This document shows, piece by piece, positions 28,702 to 39,303 of a stretch of 64,000 nucleotides of DNA. A program made the translations under genes and the position numbers. The notes under the pieces are model-generated. The model was not told the origin of the DNA. It searched no databases and saw only the letters and a program-made list of their open reading frames with translations. The DNA is from Coleofasciculus sp. B1-GNL1-01 (GTDB lineage: Bacteria; Cyanobacteriota; Cyanobacteriia; Cyanobacteriales; Coleofasciculaceae). The stretch is taken from NCBI GenBank assembly GCA_040220235.1, contig JAVJTO010000031.1. The stretch is one strand, 5' to 3'. Position 1 is the first letter of the stretch, and every line of letters begins with the position of its first letter.

Positions 28702-30006
28702 CTACTGGTAAGCTCTTCTGGATTTGACACTTTGTTCTGTCTCTTCTTCTGATTCATCTCTGACTTGGAAATACCAGTAGAGGTTGGCAACGGCTAAGTT
28801 TGAGGCTTTTTCCAGGTTTGCCGGAACTAAGGTTTTGTAACCCGCGATCGCAGCTTGTTGAGTGATGTATGTTTTCCACTCTTGACGTAACTTAGGTTTG
28901 ATCATAAATTGCAGTTGGTCAAGCAGGGATGCGGGATGAGATTTTTGCTTTAAGTTCTCATAGAGTAATTGTTCGGGGGGTTCTGCTAAGACATTTGGAT
29001 CTGCACTGGCGTCTGGGGTAGCTGTAGCGTCTGAGTTGCTGAAGTCGGCACTTTGAAGTAGTTTAACTTCGGATGCAGGAAGCGAGCGCATCCAATCCAC
29101 CTGATTTTGCCAAGACTCCAGTACGAGTAAATCATGGTCATGAATTCGGGTGAGTTCAGGGAAGAGAAAATCTAACTCGTCTTCGGTGTCACAGCGTTCA
29201 ATGACAGTGAGGGCATCTTGACGAATTTTATCCTGGAGATGAGAAAGGCGATCGCTGACGGCGGCTAACTCATTTTGCTGTTGATAGGAGAGTGCGATCG
29301 TCTGATCAATTGCCCAAGCACATTCGTGTCTTCGCAGTTGTCCGGCGGCACAGGTTTCTGATAATAGGCGAGGATTGTTATAGTCTGCTAATGCTTCTGA
29401 TAACATCTGCCGTGCATTGGCTAAGTCTGCATTTTTGATACTTACGTCTTCACATGATATAGCGGTTTTCATCAGCTTGGTTGCTTCGAGGAACCGTCCA
29501 TAAGCCTGAATCAAGACTAAACGATGCTGTTCAAATTTGATATCTTGGGCAACTTCGTCAATGTGTTGGATTATTTCTTTCCCTTGGTCTTTTAGGGCTT
29601 TTTTGAGGTCAATAAAGCCATCTCGAACATCAAGCTTTAGTTGTTTTACGTCTTGCCTCAGTTTCAAAGTCTGCCACAGGTTCACGGCTGACAGTGCCAC
29701 TCCTGCTACAGTTCCCACACCAATCACGGCTGTTGTGGCTTGCAGAACTCCCAAACTAGCTTGGACAGCTTGAAATCCCCCGTGCATTTGATACATCTGT
29801 CCTGCACTCATTGCCATCTGGGGAACAGCAACTAGCGGATTCAGCGCAGCGCCACTATTATTGAGGAAACCAACCGCATGACCAACAAACTGACCTGTTG
29901 CTGCATCTCTCGCCAAACCTATGGGGACTCCTGCGGATGTAAAGACTTGGGCGTACTTGCCAGCAGCAAGACCAGCCTGAATTACCGGGGGAAATTGAAA
30001 CAGCAT
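28702..30006 (-). CDS. Conserved-type cyanobacterial hypothetical protein with central hydrophobic helix and coiled coil
   Basis: 434-aa ORF; Gly/Ala-rich N-terminus, TM-like VIGVGTVAGVALSAV. Confidence 0.85.
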   Translation of the reverse strand: MLFQFPPVIQAGLAAGKYAQVFTSAGVPIGLARDAATGQFVGHAVGFLNNSGAALNPLVAVPQMAMSAGQMYQMHGGFQAVQASLGVLQATTAVIGVGTVAGVALSAVNLWQTLKLRQDVKQLKLDVRDGFIDLKKALKDQGKEIIQHIDEVAQDIKFEQHRLVLIQAYGRFLEATKLMKTAISCEDVSIKNADLANARQMLSEALADYNNPRLLSETCAAGQLRRHECAWAIDQTIALSYQQQNELAAVSDRLSHLQDKIRQDALTVIERCDTEDELDFLFPELTRIHDHDLLVLESWQNQVDWMRSLPASEVKLLQSADFSNSDATATPDASADPNVLAEPPEQLLYENLKQKSHPASLLDQLQFMIKPKLRQEWKTYITQQAAIAGYKTLVPANLEKASNLAVANLYWYFQVRDESEEETEQSVKSRRAYQ

Positions 30007-30144
30007 CGTTCTGCCTGAGTGAAAGTTCTTTTCTTAGAGCTTAACCTGTCGTATTAAGAAAAATCACTATGTTTATCGAAAGTTTAAACACTTTTCGGAA
30101 AAACTAGGCAATACTAGAGTTAAACCGATTCGCTCACAAAGATT

Positions 30145-31674
30145 ATGGATACAGCGCTAGTTAGTCCAGAAGCGGTTGCTTTATTGTCACGGATTACTGG
30201 GCAAAAGCTCAGTCAACGGCAACTTACTCCTCCCATAATCTTCTTGGCAGCTTTAGTAACGGTTCTGCTGGGAGTGATGTTGGCAGATGGCACAGTTACC
30301 GATGAAGAGAAGCAACAGCTACAGGCGATCCTTGACAATTTAACTTCTTCAGAAAGCAAACTAGGTAAATTGGCACAACTCCTAATCAAGGGAGTTAAAC
30401 AACATCAGGTTTATAAAAAATTAGATCAGTTGACGACACTGACAATCCCGCTTTCAGAAGCAGAAAAACTATTAGTCATTAGCTTTGGCTATAAAATGTT
30501 AGCCAATGCTAAATATATAAACTCTCGTGAAACAAGCTACTTGCAATCTATCACCAACCAGTTAGGGGTTAATTCTAAATATTTAGCCGTTCTTGAATCT
30601 GGATTCAGTGGACAAGAAACTATCAATCTAGAAGCCTTACAACAATTTTACTCTTTCCTCAACCCAGCTAGCTTTCAATCAGTTGACCCCTTATTTGTTA
30701 ATGCTGCTAGTTATATCCTAACCGAGTTACCTGCTATACCCCCATACCTCGGCAACCAGGCAGTTAAAAGTTATTCCCTGGAACTGCAACAATTTGCTAC
30801 TAAAATCAAGGAATCCATTCAAGTCTGTTTAAATGAGCTGGATCAAGCTGAGACTGTTTTGAATACCAAGCCACAAATTCTTGAGGTGGCAAAGCAGGAA
30901 ATTTTGGAACAGCTTGGGGAGTGTAGTGGGCGTGACATCAGAATCCGTCGTCTAGGAGAGCAGCGCAAGTTACAGGTAGCAGAGCAAGCTAAAAAATCTT
31001 GGGAAGAACGAATTGAACGCTTGAGAAAAAAATGGTTTATAGACGCTCAAGAGAAGCAGAAGGAATCAATTGGTTGGGGAGATAAAGATGGCTTTATTAA
31101 GGAAATACAGCCAGAAGTTGAAAAATATGATAACTATATTGGGTCTATAATCAAGGAAAAAATACTTCCAATTTATGAAGAAATTGACACTATTAACGTA
31201 GAATTGCTTCATCGATGTGTAAACCTTGTAAAACAGCAGCAGAAACAAGGAGATTTGAGTACAAAGATTAACTTGAATTTTTTTAAAATTAAATTTAAAT
31301 TCAATAACCCTACAGCGCATTTGCCTAACAATACCAAAGTTTTTGATACTCCTATTAAGCCTACTTTAGATGCTTTGGTAAATAAGGGTTGGGGGAATAT
31401 TTATTGGGAAGAGGTTATTAAGTTCAAAAATGAAGGTATTTCAATAATAGATGAGCTAGTTACTGCAATTTTTGATGATAGGGTTAAATTAGCGACTCAA
31501 GCTGTTACACAAGCTATCTCATTCTATGACGACTTCTTAGAGCGACAAGAGAGATATAAACAGGAGACACCAGAACAAGGTGAGGCTGAAAAAGCTTGGA
31601 TTGCCCAACAGCGTCAAGAATTGGAAAAAGTGCAGAATAATATTGAGATAGTTTTATCAATGCCGTCTTCTTGA
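30145..31674 (+). CDS. TerB-like N-terminal domain plus helical stalk (dynamin-like protein lacking the GTPase domain)
   Basis: ADGTVTDEEKQ and E..YL..I...LGV TerB motifs; coiled-coil C-terminus; no GxxxxGKS/T. Confidence 0.7.
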   Translation: MDTALVSPEAVALLSRITGQKLSQRQLTPPIIFLAALVTVLLGVMLADGTVTDEEKQQLQAILDNLTSSESKLGKLAQLLIKGVKQHQVYKKLDQLTTLTIPLSEAEKLLVISFGYKMLANAKYINSRETSYLQSITNQLGVNSKYLAVLESGFSGQETINLEALQQFYSFLNPASFQSVDPLFVNAASYILTELPAIPPYLGNQAVKSYSLELQQFATKIKESIQVCLNELDQAETVLNTKPQILEVAKQEILEQLGECSGRDIRIRRLGEQRKLQVAEQAKKSWEERIERLRKKWFIDAQEKQKESIGWGDKDGFIKEIQPEVEKYDNYIGSIIKEKILPIYEEIDTINVELLHRCVNLVKQQQKQGDLSTKINLNFFKIKFKFNNPTAHLPNNTKVFDTPIKPTLDALVNKGWGNIYWEEVIKFKNEGISIIDELVTAIFDDRVKLATQAVTQAISFYDDFLERQERYKQETPEQGEAEKAWIAQQRQELEKVQNNIEIVLSMPSS

Positions 31675-31678
31675 AGAA

Positions 31679-31808
31679 AAAAGTGAGTCGCAATTGCTAG
31701 CGTGGGGACAATTTGTTGCGCTGGTAAAAGGATTGCTCGCAACAGCCGTTTTACAACACCTGCACCAAGCCTGCAAACTAGAACAATATTGGTTGCATCA
31801 CTTTTGAC
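31679..31808 (+). pseudogene. 130-bp duplicate of the 3' end of gene 32833-33324
   Basis: Ungapped match to 33196-33325 with 12 mismatches by my count. Confidence 0.9.
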
Positions 31809-31854
31809 AAAACACTGAATCTGGCTTAAATAGAGTAAAACAAGACTGTTGAAT

Positions 31855-32061
31855 ATGAACACTAAACTCGTTGATTCTCTAATCCAAGTTATCCTCTCTC
31901 TCTCGAAAGAGGATCGTCATTTACTTGAGGAAAAGCTGTTTTTTGAATCATCAATTCCTTCAACGGGTGACTTAATGCAAATGGCTCAAAAGGGTGGCTC
32001 GTTGAACTTCCTGTACGATGAACCCGATTTGTATACTCTCGAAGATGGGGAACCCATATAA
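31855..32061 (+). CDS. Putative antitoxin
   Basis: GSLNFLYDEPDLYTLEDGEP tail; TAATG coupling to the MazF-like gene. Confidence 0.8.
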   Translation: MNTKLVDSLIQVILSLSKEDRHLLEEKLFFESSIPSTGDLMQMAQKGGSLNFLYDEPDLYTLEDGEPI

Positions 32062-32408
32062 TGTCTGTCAAAAAAGGAGATATTGTTTTGGTTCCCTTCC
32101 CTTTCACAGATTTGAGTACAACAAAGCTGCGTCCGGCTGTAGTGTTATGGGTAGATTCTACAGGTGATGATGTAACTCTCTGTTTTATTTCGTCTCAAAA
32201 TCTAACTCGTCTCAGTCCAGATGAATTTGTTCTAGATGCTTCAGATTCCGAATTTTCCAATACTGGACTAAAGGTTGCTTCTAAAGTTAGGGTGACACGA
32301 ATCGTTACTCTTGAACGTCGATTGATTACACGACGTATCGGCAAGTTAGGAGTCAATCAAATTCAGCAATTGAACTCAGTTATGCTTCAAGCCTTTCAAC
32401 TTTTGTAA
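32061..32408 (+). CDS. PemK/MazF-family toxin
   Basis: KGDIVLVPFPFTDLSTTKLRPAVVL, TGLKVASKVR. Confidence 0.92.
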   Translation: MSVKKGDIVLVPFPFTDLSTTKLRPAVVLWVDSTGDDVTLCFISSQNLTRLSPDEFVLDASDSEFSNTGLKVASKVRVTRIVTLERRLITRRIGKLGVNQIQQLNSVMLQAFQLL

Positions 32409-32519
32409 TTGAGTTTTAATGTGAATGGTACTGAAATTTTGGCTGGTGGGCAATGCCCACCCTACTTAACGTCCTTAACTGGTTATAGCGTTGTTTTAAT
32501 TATGGCGCTTGGCTTACGT

Positions 32520-32732
32520 CTACTCTTCCACAATCTCAACCATATCCTCAACCATCACATCAAAGGTGCGAGCTAGCTTCTGGACAGAGATAAAGTCAAT
32601 CTTTGACATTCCAGGACAACGAGCATAATGCCTCACGGTGCTGTAAATGACGCCAGAACGCTCAGACACTTCCTTGAGTGTCCACCCCTTCTCTTGTGCA
32701 AATTCTCGAACCTTAAGCCTGACTTGCCCCAT
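32520..32732 (-). CDS. XRE-family HTH regulator
   Basis: MGQVRLKVREFAQEKGWTLKEVSERSGV.YST. Confidence 0.88.
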   Translation of the reverse strand: MGQVRLKVREFAQEKGWTLKEVSERSGVIYSTVRHYARCPGMSKIDFISVQKLARTFDVMVEDMVEIVEE

Positions 32733-32832
32733 ACTTGACAAGTGATTGCATACCGTCATTTAATGAATTAATCGGAAAAAGCGATCGCTCTTCCAAGTCT
32801 GACAAACCCAAGAGCGATCGCGCCAATGTCCC

Positions 32833-33324
32833 ATGAAATGGGAAGTATCTTCTATGTTATCAACACATACCACAAAAACGCCCACCTTTGAAGCATCAAA
32901 ACTCAATTACAAATCCTCCAGCCGTCACCCCCTGGCACGATTTGTCACCGTCGAGACAGTCGCCTTGCTGTTTAGCTGCTCTCCTGACGAGATTTATCGC
33001 ATCGAATGCTGGCAACATATCGTTTATGTTCACGGTAAAGGGTTGAGCCGTTTCGTCAGCTATGCTGACTTTCCGCCAATCCTGGAAGCCGAACCCCCTA
33101 CCCCTCAAGACATGGTGCGCTGGCGCAAGCGCTGGAAATCTCAAATTGCCCCAGAGTTTTGGACAATATTCTATAGATATCAGTTCAACCGAGCCAAAAG
33201 TGAGTCACAATTGCTAGCGTGGGGACAATTTATTGCTCTGGTAAAAGGATTGCTCTCAACAGCCGCCTTACAACACCTGCGCCAAGCCTACCAGCTAGAA
33301 CAATATTGGTGGCGTCACTTTTGA
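32833..33324 (+). CDS. Hypothetical protein divergent from the XRE gene (start may be 32854)
   Basis: IYRIECWQHIVYVHGKGLSRFVSYADFPP; 12-bp HIP1-containing inverted repeat upstream. Confidence 0.75.
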   Translation: MKWEVSSMLSTHTTKTPTFEASKLNYKSSSRHPLARFVTVETVALLFSCSPDEIYRIECWQHIVYVHGKGLSRFVSYADFPPILEAEPPTPQDMVRWRKRWKSQIAPEFWTIFYRYQFNRAKSESQLLAWGQFIALVKGLLSTAALQHLRQAYQLEQYWWRHF

Positions 33325-33503
33325 CGCAGCGCTAACTCTAGCTCAACTCGAGGAAAACCAGACTTTTGTCCGACTACTTATAGGTTTTTGTCCCAATACC
33401 TAACAGGTAGGATAGACTCTCAACACAACCGGACATGGTGTAATGTGCCTTTGCTAGCTGGCTATTTGCCTCTCAGCGCCAAATCCCCAGTTGATCAGCC
33501 ACC

Positions 33504-34529
33504 CTATAGTTTACCTGCTCGCACACCTGGAATTTTGAGGCGGATACGGTAAAGGCTATTACTGGTAGTAATGTAGAGAGTTTGGTAATCGTCATCGCCC
33601 CAGGCTAGATTGGTAGCAAGTTCAGGAACTTCAATCCTGCCTAATAGATTGCCTGAGGGTGAAAAAATCCATACGCCTCCTGGTCCAGTACTGTAAACAT
33701 TCCCCTCTTGGTCTACCTTCATGCCATCGGGTACACCCTTTGTACTGGGGTCTTTTAATTCAGCAAATAGCTGCCCATTTTCCAAAGTACCATCGGATTT
33801 CACATCGAAGACACGAATGTGACCTTTTTCCGAATCATTCACATATAGTTTTTCCTCATCCGGTGAAAGGGCAATGCCATTCGGACCCACAAAATCTTTG
33901 ACTAACAACGTCAATTTCCCATCCGGTGTCAACCGATAGACACCATAAAATCCCAGTTCCTCTTGCTCAGATTTAATACCATAGGGGGGGTCAGTGAAGT
34001 AGATACTTCCATCTGATTTGACCACAAGATCATTGGGACTGTTGAGTCGCTTTCCCTGGAACTGATTTACCAGCGTAACAATTGTGCCGTCTTTTTCAGT
34101 ACGGGATAGGCGGTGATTACTATGTTCAGCACTGATCAAACGCCCTTCCCGGTCTAGAGTATTACCATTAGCATTACCAGAAGGACGACGAAATATCTCT
34201 GTTTTTTGATTCGGTGTCCACTGATAGATAGTATTAGCCGGAATATCACTAAAGAGTAAGAAGCCGTTTGGATGCCAAATGGGTCCCTCTGTAAACCGAA
34301 AGTCTCCCGCTAGTTTTTCGACTTGGGTATTGTCATCTAGAATCGCTTCTAGACTATTTGGATTACCCTGATTATTTGATTGTGCTGTAGTTAGGCGGGA
34401 GTTTGTTCGAGACCTTGAACATCCAAACCCTAAATCGTTTCTGGCTTCAGTAACACCGTTGCTGGGCGCAATAGTTAAAACCGTAAAAACAAGGCTGTAT
34501 AGAGTACCTCGAAAGATTAGGTTTTTCAT
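33504..34529 (-). CDS. SMP-30/gluconolactonase family protein, exported
   Basis: FTEGPIW, FSDIP, NSPNDL, FTDPPYG, PNGIALSPD, PDGMKVD. Confidence 0.93.
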   Translation of the reverse strand: MKNLIFRGTLYSLVFTVLTIAPSNGVTEARNDLGFGCSRSRTNSRLTTAQSNNQGNPNSLEAILDDNTQVEKLAGDFRFTEGPIWHPNGFLLFSDIPANTIYQWTPNQKTEIFRRPSGNANGNTLDREGRLISAEHSNHRLSRTEKDGTIVTLVNQFQGKRLNSPNDLVVKSDGSIYFTDPPYGIKSEQEELGFYGVYRLTPDGKLTLLVKDFVGPNGIALSPDEEKLYVNDSEKGHIRVFDVKSDGTLENGQLFAELKDPSTKGVPDGMKVDQEGNVYSTGPGGVWIFSPSGNLLGRIEVPELATNLAWGDDDYQTLYITTSNSLYRIRLKIPGVRAGKL

Positions 34530-34982
34530 GTCAATGGCATTGATGAAGTCGGTGGACACAATTAAAGTTAACAGTTGAGATTGGGGAACTCTTAACAGGG
34601 AACAGGAAACAGTAAGGGTTTGAGGGTGATTTACCCAACTTAATCCAGTACTGTTTTCTTTTTTCCGATTCCTTTAAGGTGGCTACAGCAAATAAACTGG
34701 AGACGAGTGATATCCTCCCAGTCTATCGGGTAGAGGCGTGAGGCGTCTCGACAGATTAAGGGATTGAGCGCGATCGCTCTCCCTAAAATGATACAAAACT
34801 TAATTTTATCGTCACTTAATTGTCTCCAACTGCATTGTCGTAGACAATTAGGCGTGGTAAAGTTCAATGTGGTGTAAAAGTACAGTAAACCGACCAATTT
34901 ACCGTAGATTAAATCGGTACAATATAAATCACGGAACTGGAAACAACCACAAGACTGGTAGGAAGACTGGGAGTTTAGGGAA

Positions 34983-35741
34983 ATGGTAAGTGCGATCGCA
35001 CAGAAAACTCAACTGGATCTAGAGGGGGTCAATCGACAACTCGTCGATGCCGATGCCACCTCAATGGTTAAATGGGCAGCCGAAACCTTTAGCGATGGTT
35101 TGGTGATGAGTACCAGCTTCGGCATCCAATCAGCGCTGATGCTGCACTTAGTCACTCGCATCGTGCCTGACATTCCCGTAATTTGGGTCGATACAGGGTA
35201 TCTACCCCCAAAAACCTACAGATTTGCTGAACAGTTAACCAAACAATTAAATCTAAATCTACACGTCTATCAGTCACCCATTAGTCCAGCCCGTATGGAA
35301 GCCCTCTATGGCAGACTCTGGACAAAAGATGATCCCGAAGCGCTAAATTTGTACGACTATATGCGTAAAGTCGAACCCATGCAACGGGCATTACGAGACT
35401 TAAAGGCAACAGCATGGCTAGCGGGATTGCGGGCGGAACAGACACATCACCGTCAGACATTGCGTCCAATCGATCTTCAGTCTGGGATTTACAAGGTATT
35501 ACCCATTCTGCACTGGAGTAGCCAAGATGTCCATGAGTACATCACGGAACACAATCTGCCCTATCACCCCTTGCGTGAACTTGGCTATGCCACTGTAGGC
35601 GATTGGCACTCAAGCCGCCCAGTGACGACAGAAGATCAGCACGAACGCGACACCCGCTTCCGGGGAATTAAGCAAGAATGTGGTTTACATCTGCCAAAGA
35701 CTCAAGGTGAAGCCCAGAGTCTCGATTCCAGTTCGCTGTAA
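34983..35741 (+). CDS. cysH: Phosphoadenosine phosphosulfate reductase
   Basis: [28 protein letters not shown]. Confidence 0.96.
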   Translation: MVSAIAQKTQLDLEGVNRQLVDADATSMVKWAAETFSDGLVMSTSFGIQSALMLHLVTRIVPDIPVIWVDTGYLPPKTYRFAEQLTKQLNLNLHVYQSPISPARMEALYGRLWTKDDPEALNLYDYMRKVEPMQRALRDLKATAWLAGLRAEQTHHRQTLRPIDLQSGIYKVLPILHWSSQDVHEYITEHNLPYHPLRELGYATVGDWHSSRPVTTEDQHERDTRFRGIKQECGLHLPKTQGEAQSLDSSSL

Positions 35742-35874
35742 GATAGCCGCTAGTACAAAAAGACAGACGGCAGAAGGTAAGGAATAAGCTGTTCTGCATT
35801 TAAACCTTAATGTCAATAATGGCGAAATCCTTGACGTAGAAACCTGGTCGGGGCGGGTTTAGTCACATCTGGAT

Positions 35875-35976
35875 TAGGACTTACGCAACACCTCTATCTG
35901 TAGGGTGCGTTAGCATAGCGTAACGCACCATTGCCACCATATATGAACCTGCTATGATGTACCTGCGTAAGTCCTG
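35875..35976. mobile_element. 102-bp MITE with TIR AGGACTTACGCA and 6-bp target duplication CTGGAT
   Basis: TAGGACTTACGCA...TGCGTAAGTCCTG; CTGGAT at 35869-35874 and 35977-35982. Confidence 0.85.
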
Positions 35977-36171
35977 CTGGATGCAACCGAAAAGATAGTA
36001 GTGAAACCCGCCCCTACACACTCTCCCACTCAAAACTTACTTACCTTCGTTACGCCACATACCGTGAAAAGAAAGATGGTAATTCCTTCCCAGAACAGTT
36101 TTCTGGGCGCAAGGCTTGCGCCCCTACAAAATTTATCCAATTAGGATTGCTATATAATGGCACAACCTCAA

Positions 36172-37089
36172 TCATTCTAAAAAGCCTTCTTGGATCAGAA
36201 ACTCTCTAGCCACTTCAGCCGGTTCGCGCTTTTTGCCACTCACTTCATAATTCAGTCGTCGCATCGTTTCATTCGTCAACTTGGGTGCTAACTGATTCAG
36301 CGCGTCTCGAATTCCGGGATGCTTCTCCAGTGTTTCTTGGCGCACCACTGGTGCAACTTGATAGGGCGGAAAAAAGTTTTGATTATCCTCTAATACAACC
36401 AAATTAAACGCATTGATTTCACCATCAGTACCAAATGCCACAGCGACATCGGCTTGACCTTCACTTAAGGCTTGATATCTTAATCCCGGATCAGCCGGAA
36501 TAAATTTTTCAAGCTGAAAGTCCCCATAAACTTGTTTTAACCCCAGTAATCCATCCTCACGCACCTCAAATTCTGGTGGACCAATCAGAGTTAATTGACT
36601 TGCCTGATCAACCATATCGGAAATTGTTTTAATAGTATAGTCTTTCGCCCCTTCTGGCGTCATGACCAAAGCTTGCGTGTTATTCATCGGTGCAGGTTCT
36701 AACCAAACCAGATTATATTTCTCCTGATAACTATTTGCCACAGTTTGATAAACCTGCTGCGAATCACTACTGACCGGACGATTTAACACAGTTAACAAAG
36801 CCGTCCCCGTATACTCTGGATATAAATCAATTTGACCACTTTCCAAACCCGCTTGCGCCACGGGTGTTCCGCCTAAATTTAGCTTCCGTTCGACATCAAA
36901 ACCTTGGTTTTCCAGTACCAAAGCATACATTTCCCCTAAAATAAATTGCTCAGTAAAATCTTTCGATCCGACCTTAATTGCACTCCCACCCCCCTGACAG
37001 GCGATCGCGAACAGCATCGTCAACACAGCCAGTCCAATCAGCATAACAGTTCGACGCATTCGGGGCATAAATCTACCAAGTCTCAACAT
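36172..37089 (-). CDS. Glycine betaine/osmoprotectant ABC substrate-binding lipoprotein
   Basis: Lipobox AIAC, GSKDFTEQ, YPEYTGT, NNTQAL, TDG, FPPY; start may be 37068. Confidence 0.93.
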   Translation of the reverse strand: MLRLGRFMPRMRRTVMLIGLAVLTMLFAIACQGGGSAIKVGSKDFTEQFILGEMYALVLENQGFDVERKLNLGGTPVAQAGLESGQIDLYPEYTGTALLTVLNRPVSSDSQQVYQTVANSYQEKYNLVWLEPAPMNNTQALVMTPEGAKDYTIKTISDMVDQASQLTLIGPPEFEVREDGLLGLKQVYGDFQLEKFIPADPGLRYQALSEGQADVAVAFGTDGEINAFNLVVLEDNQNFFPPYQVAPVVRQETLEKHPGIRDALNQLAPKLTNETMRRLNYEVSGKKREPAEVAREFLIQEGFLE

Positions 37090-37401
37090 TCTTGTATAGT
37101 ACCAAGAAACAGATCAGTTTCCGACTAAGTGGCTGCTGATCCAAAACTGAGAGTGACACACCTCATCACTGCTTTATAAAGTAAATATTACGAAAATACC
37201 CATATTTTTTTGGCAATTACAGCGGATATTTCATGGAATAGTGCTTTCGGCTCAATGAGCGACTATCTAACCCACTCAGCAATATCTCAAGGTTTTATGC
37301 TTAAAGAGTCTTTTTCATCAACTAATCCTTCGTAAGGAATAACAAGTCAATTCCATTCTTTTTAATTTGTCCTGTGGACATCTGGATCACGTCCAGTCCT
37401 A

Positions 37402-38322
37402 ATGACCAATGACCGAGAAAGCTATACTGAATTTATAGTCATGCAGAACGGGAGTCCGAATACTATGATTTGTCATAAAAGTTGGATGCTAGCTTGTTTA
37501 AGCTCATGGATAAGTCTAATTGGATTAGCCATGTCACAGCCAGCCCAAGCCGAGTCTTGGCTTGTCACAAATTTTAATAATGAAACTCAAATTAAAGATT
37601 TGGTAAAGTGTGGCTATGCCAAGGAACAAATTACGCTGAAGGCTCCTGACAAAGAAGCCTTAAATCAATTAGACATTACACCAGGAAATAGGATTGAAGA
37701 CTATGCCGCAACTCGTTGCCAAGGATACCGCCCACCGATTCCGTTAATGGCGTTAATCCCTCAATCTACATTTGGCAAAACTCTCGATGAATATCCAACA
37801 TTATATTTTTATATTCCGGACGTAAGTTTAAAAAATGTTAAAGCTGAGTTTAGTTTCTACGATCAAAACTTAAAATCTATCATTTATGAAAAAGAAATAC
37901 CACTGCACGAAAGTGATAGCATTGTTGCCGTTGATCTAGCCAATGCTTCAGATTTACCCCCCTTAGAAGTGGACAAACCCTATTTCTGGTACTTCAGTAT
38001 CATTTTTGATCCTTATGACCGCAGTGACAGCACTTATGTCGGCGGTTGGATACAACGAGTTACGCCAACGTCCCGGATTAATCAGGAATTAGACAGAGCT
38101 ACACCTGAGGCAAAGCCTGCTATCTATGCCAACCATGGGATTTGGTATGAAACTCTCGAAAGTCTAGCCCAGTTGCGTTGTTCCGATCCTGAGAATTCTA
38201 CTTTAGCATCAAATTGGCAATCTGTATTGCAGCAAGTTGGATTATCCAACATTGCTAGAAAACCGTTGGCGCAATGTCAGTCAGACTTAATAGCCGAGCA
38301 GTTCTCAGAATCGACAGAATAA
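37402..38322 (+). CDS. DUF928-family protein
   Basis: LMALIP...T..EYPTLYFYIP, Y.W.F, V.GWIQRV, GIWYETL, W..VLQQVGL. Confidence 0.85.
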   Translation: MTNDRESYTEFIVMQNGSPNTMICHKSWMLACLSSWISLIGLAMSQPAQAESWLVTNFNNETQIKDLVKCGYAKEQITLKAPDKEALNQLDITPGNRIEDYAATRCQGYRPPIPLMALIPQSTFGKTLDEYPTLYFYIPDVSLKNVKAEFSFYDQNLKSIIYEKEIPLHESDSIVAVDLANASDLPPLEVDKPYFWYFSIIFDPYDRSDSTYVGGWIQRVTPTSRINQELDRATPEAKPAIYANHGIWYETLESLAQLRCSDPENSTLASNWQSVLQQVGLSNIARKPLAQCQSDLIAEQFSESTE

Positions 38323-38411
38323 CCTGAGTATAGGGGATCACAGGGAAATCATCGACTTTAGCGTTAAGCTAGGCTGGGATCAGTCGTGCCAGATTCATTA
38401 CAACCAAGACT

Positions 38412-39302
38412 ATGGCGTGGGTATTTTCAGGACAATTAAGAGTTGAGCGGATAACGGTTGCGATCGCGAATTTGCCACCGTCATTGCAAGGAACCAAATT
38501 GGTACAGCTTAGCGATTTACATTATGATGGTTTTCGCCTGTCGGAAGCGATGCTGGCTGAAGCAATTCAAGTCAGTAATCAGGCGGAACCGGATTTAGTG
38601 CTGTTAACCGGAGACTACATCACCTATCAGCCAGAACCGATTCATCAACTGGTACGGCGATTAAAATACTTGGAAAGTCGTGCTGGAGTCTATGCGGTAC
38701 TGGGAAACCACGATATTTATCATCACCAAGCTAAAACCACAGTCACTGAGGCGCTAACCCGGATTGGTGTGGGTGTTTTATGGAACGAAATTGTCTATCC
38801 GTTAGGGAAGGAATTAGCCTTGGTGGGATTGGCTGATTTTTGGTCGCGTGAGTTCAATCCCGCCCCAGTGATGAACCAAATCGATCCGCAAATACCCCGT
38901 ATCGTCTTATCTCATAACCCAGACACGGCTGAACCCTTGCAGGAATGGCGCATTGATTTACAACTATCGGGTCATACCCATGGGGGTCAAGTAGTAATTC
39001 CCGGATTTGGACCGATCGCCTTATTACTACCTATTCTCCGACAAAATGTGCCTCGACCCCTGCACAAATGGATTCCCTTCCTGAGAGAATGTTATCGAGT
39101 GGTCGATCATTGGGAATGGGGTCAAGGAATGCATCAGATTGGTGCAAATCGTATGTATGTGAATCGGGGTTTAGGAACTTACGCACCTGGACGCCTATTT
39201 TGTCCGCCAGAAGTTACCATAATTACGTTGGCGAGGGCAAAAGGAACAGGAAACAGGGAACAGGGAATCAGCAAACCAGTATCGCTAGAAACAGGTAACT
39301 AA
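38412..39302 (+). CDS. Metallophosphoesterase
   Basis: [30 protein letters not shown]. Confidence 0.95.
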   Translation: MAWVFSGQLRVERITVAIANLPPSLQGTKLVQLSDLHYDGFRLSEAMLAEAIQVSNQAEPDLVLLTGDYITYQPEPIHQLVRRLKYLESRAGVYAVLGNHDIYHHQAKTTVTEALTRIGVGVLWNEIVYPLGKELALVGLADFWSREFNPAPVMNQIDPQIPRIVLSHNPDTAEPLQEWRIDLQLSGHTHGGQVVIPGFGPIALLLPILRQNVPRPLHKWIPFLRECYRVVDHWEWGQGMHQIGANRMYVNRGLGTYAPGRLFCPPEVTIITLARAKGTGNREQGISKPVSLETGN

Positions 39303-39303
39303 T

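Noticed and set aside
34885..34920. ACCGA...TCGGT dyad upstream of cysH as a sulfur-regulator site
   Set aside because: Only 5-bp arms and a single instance; cannot be supported without comparative data
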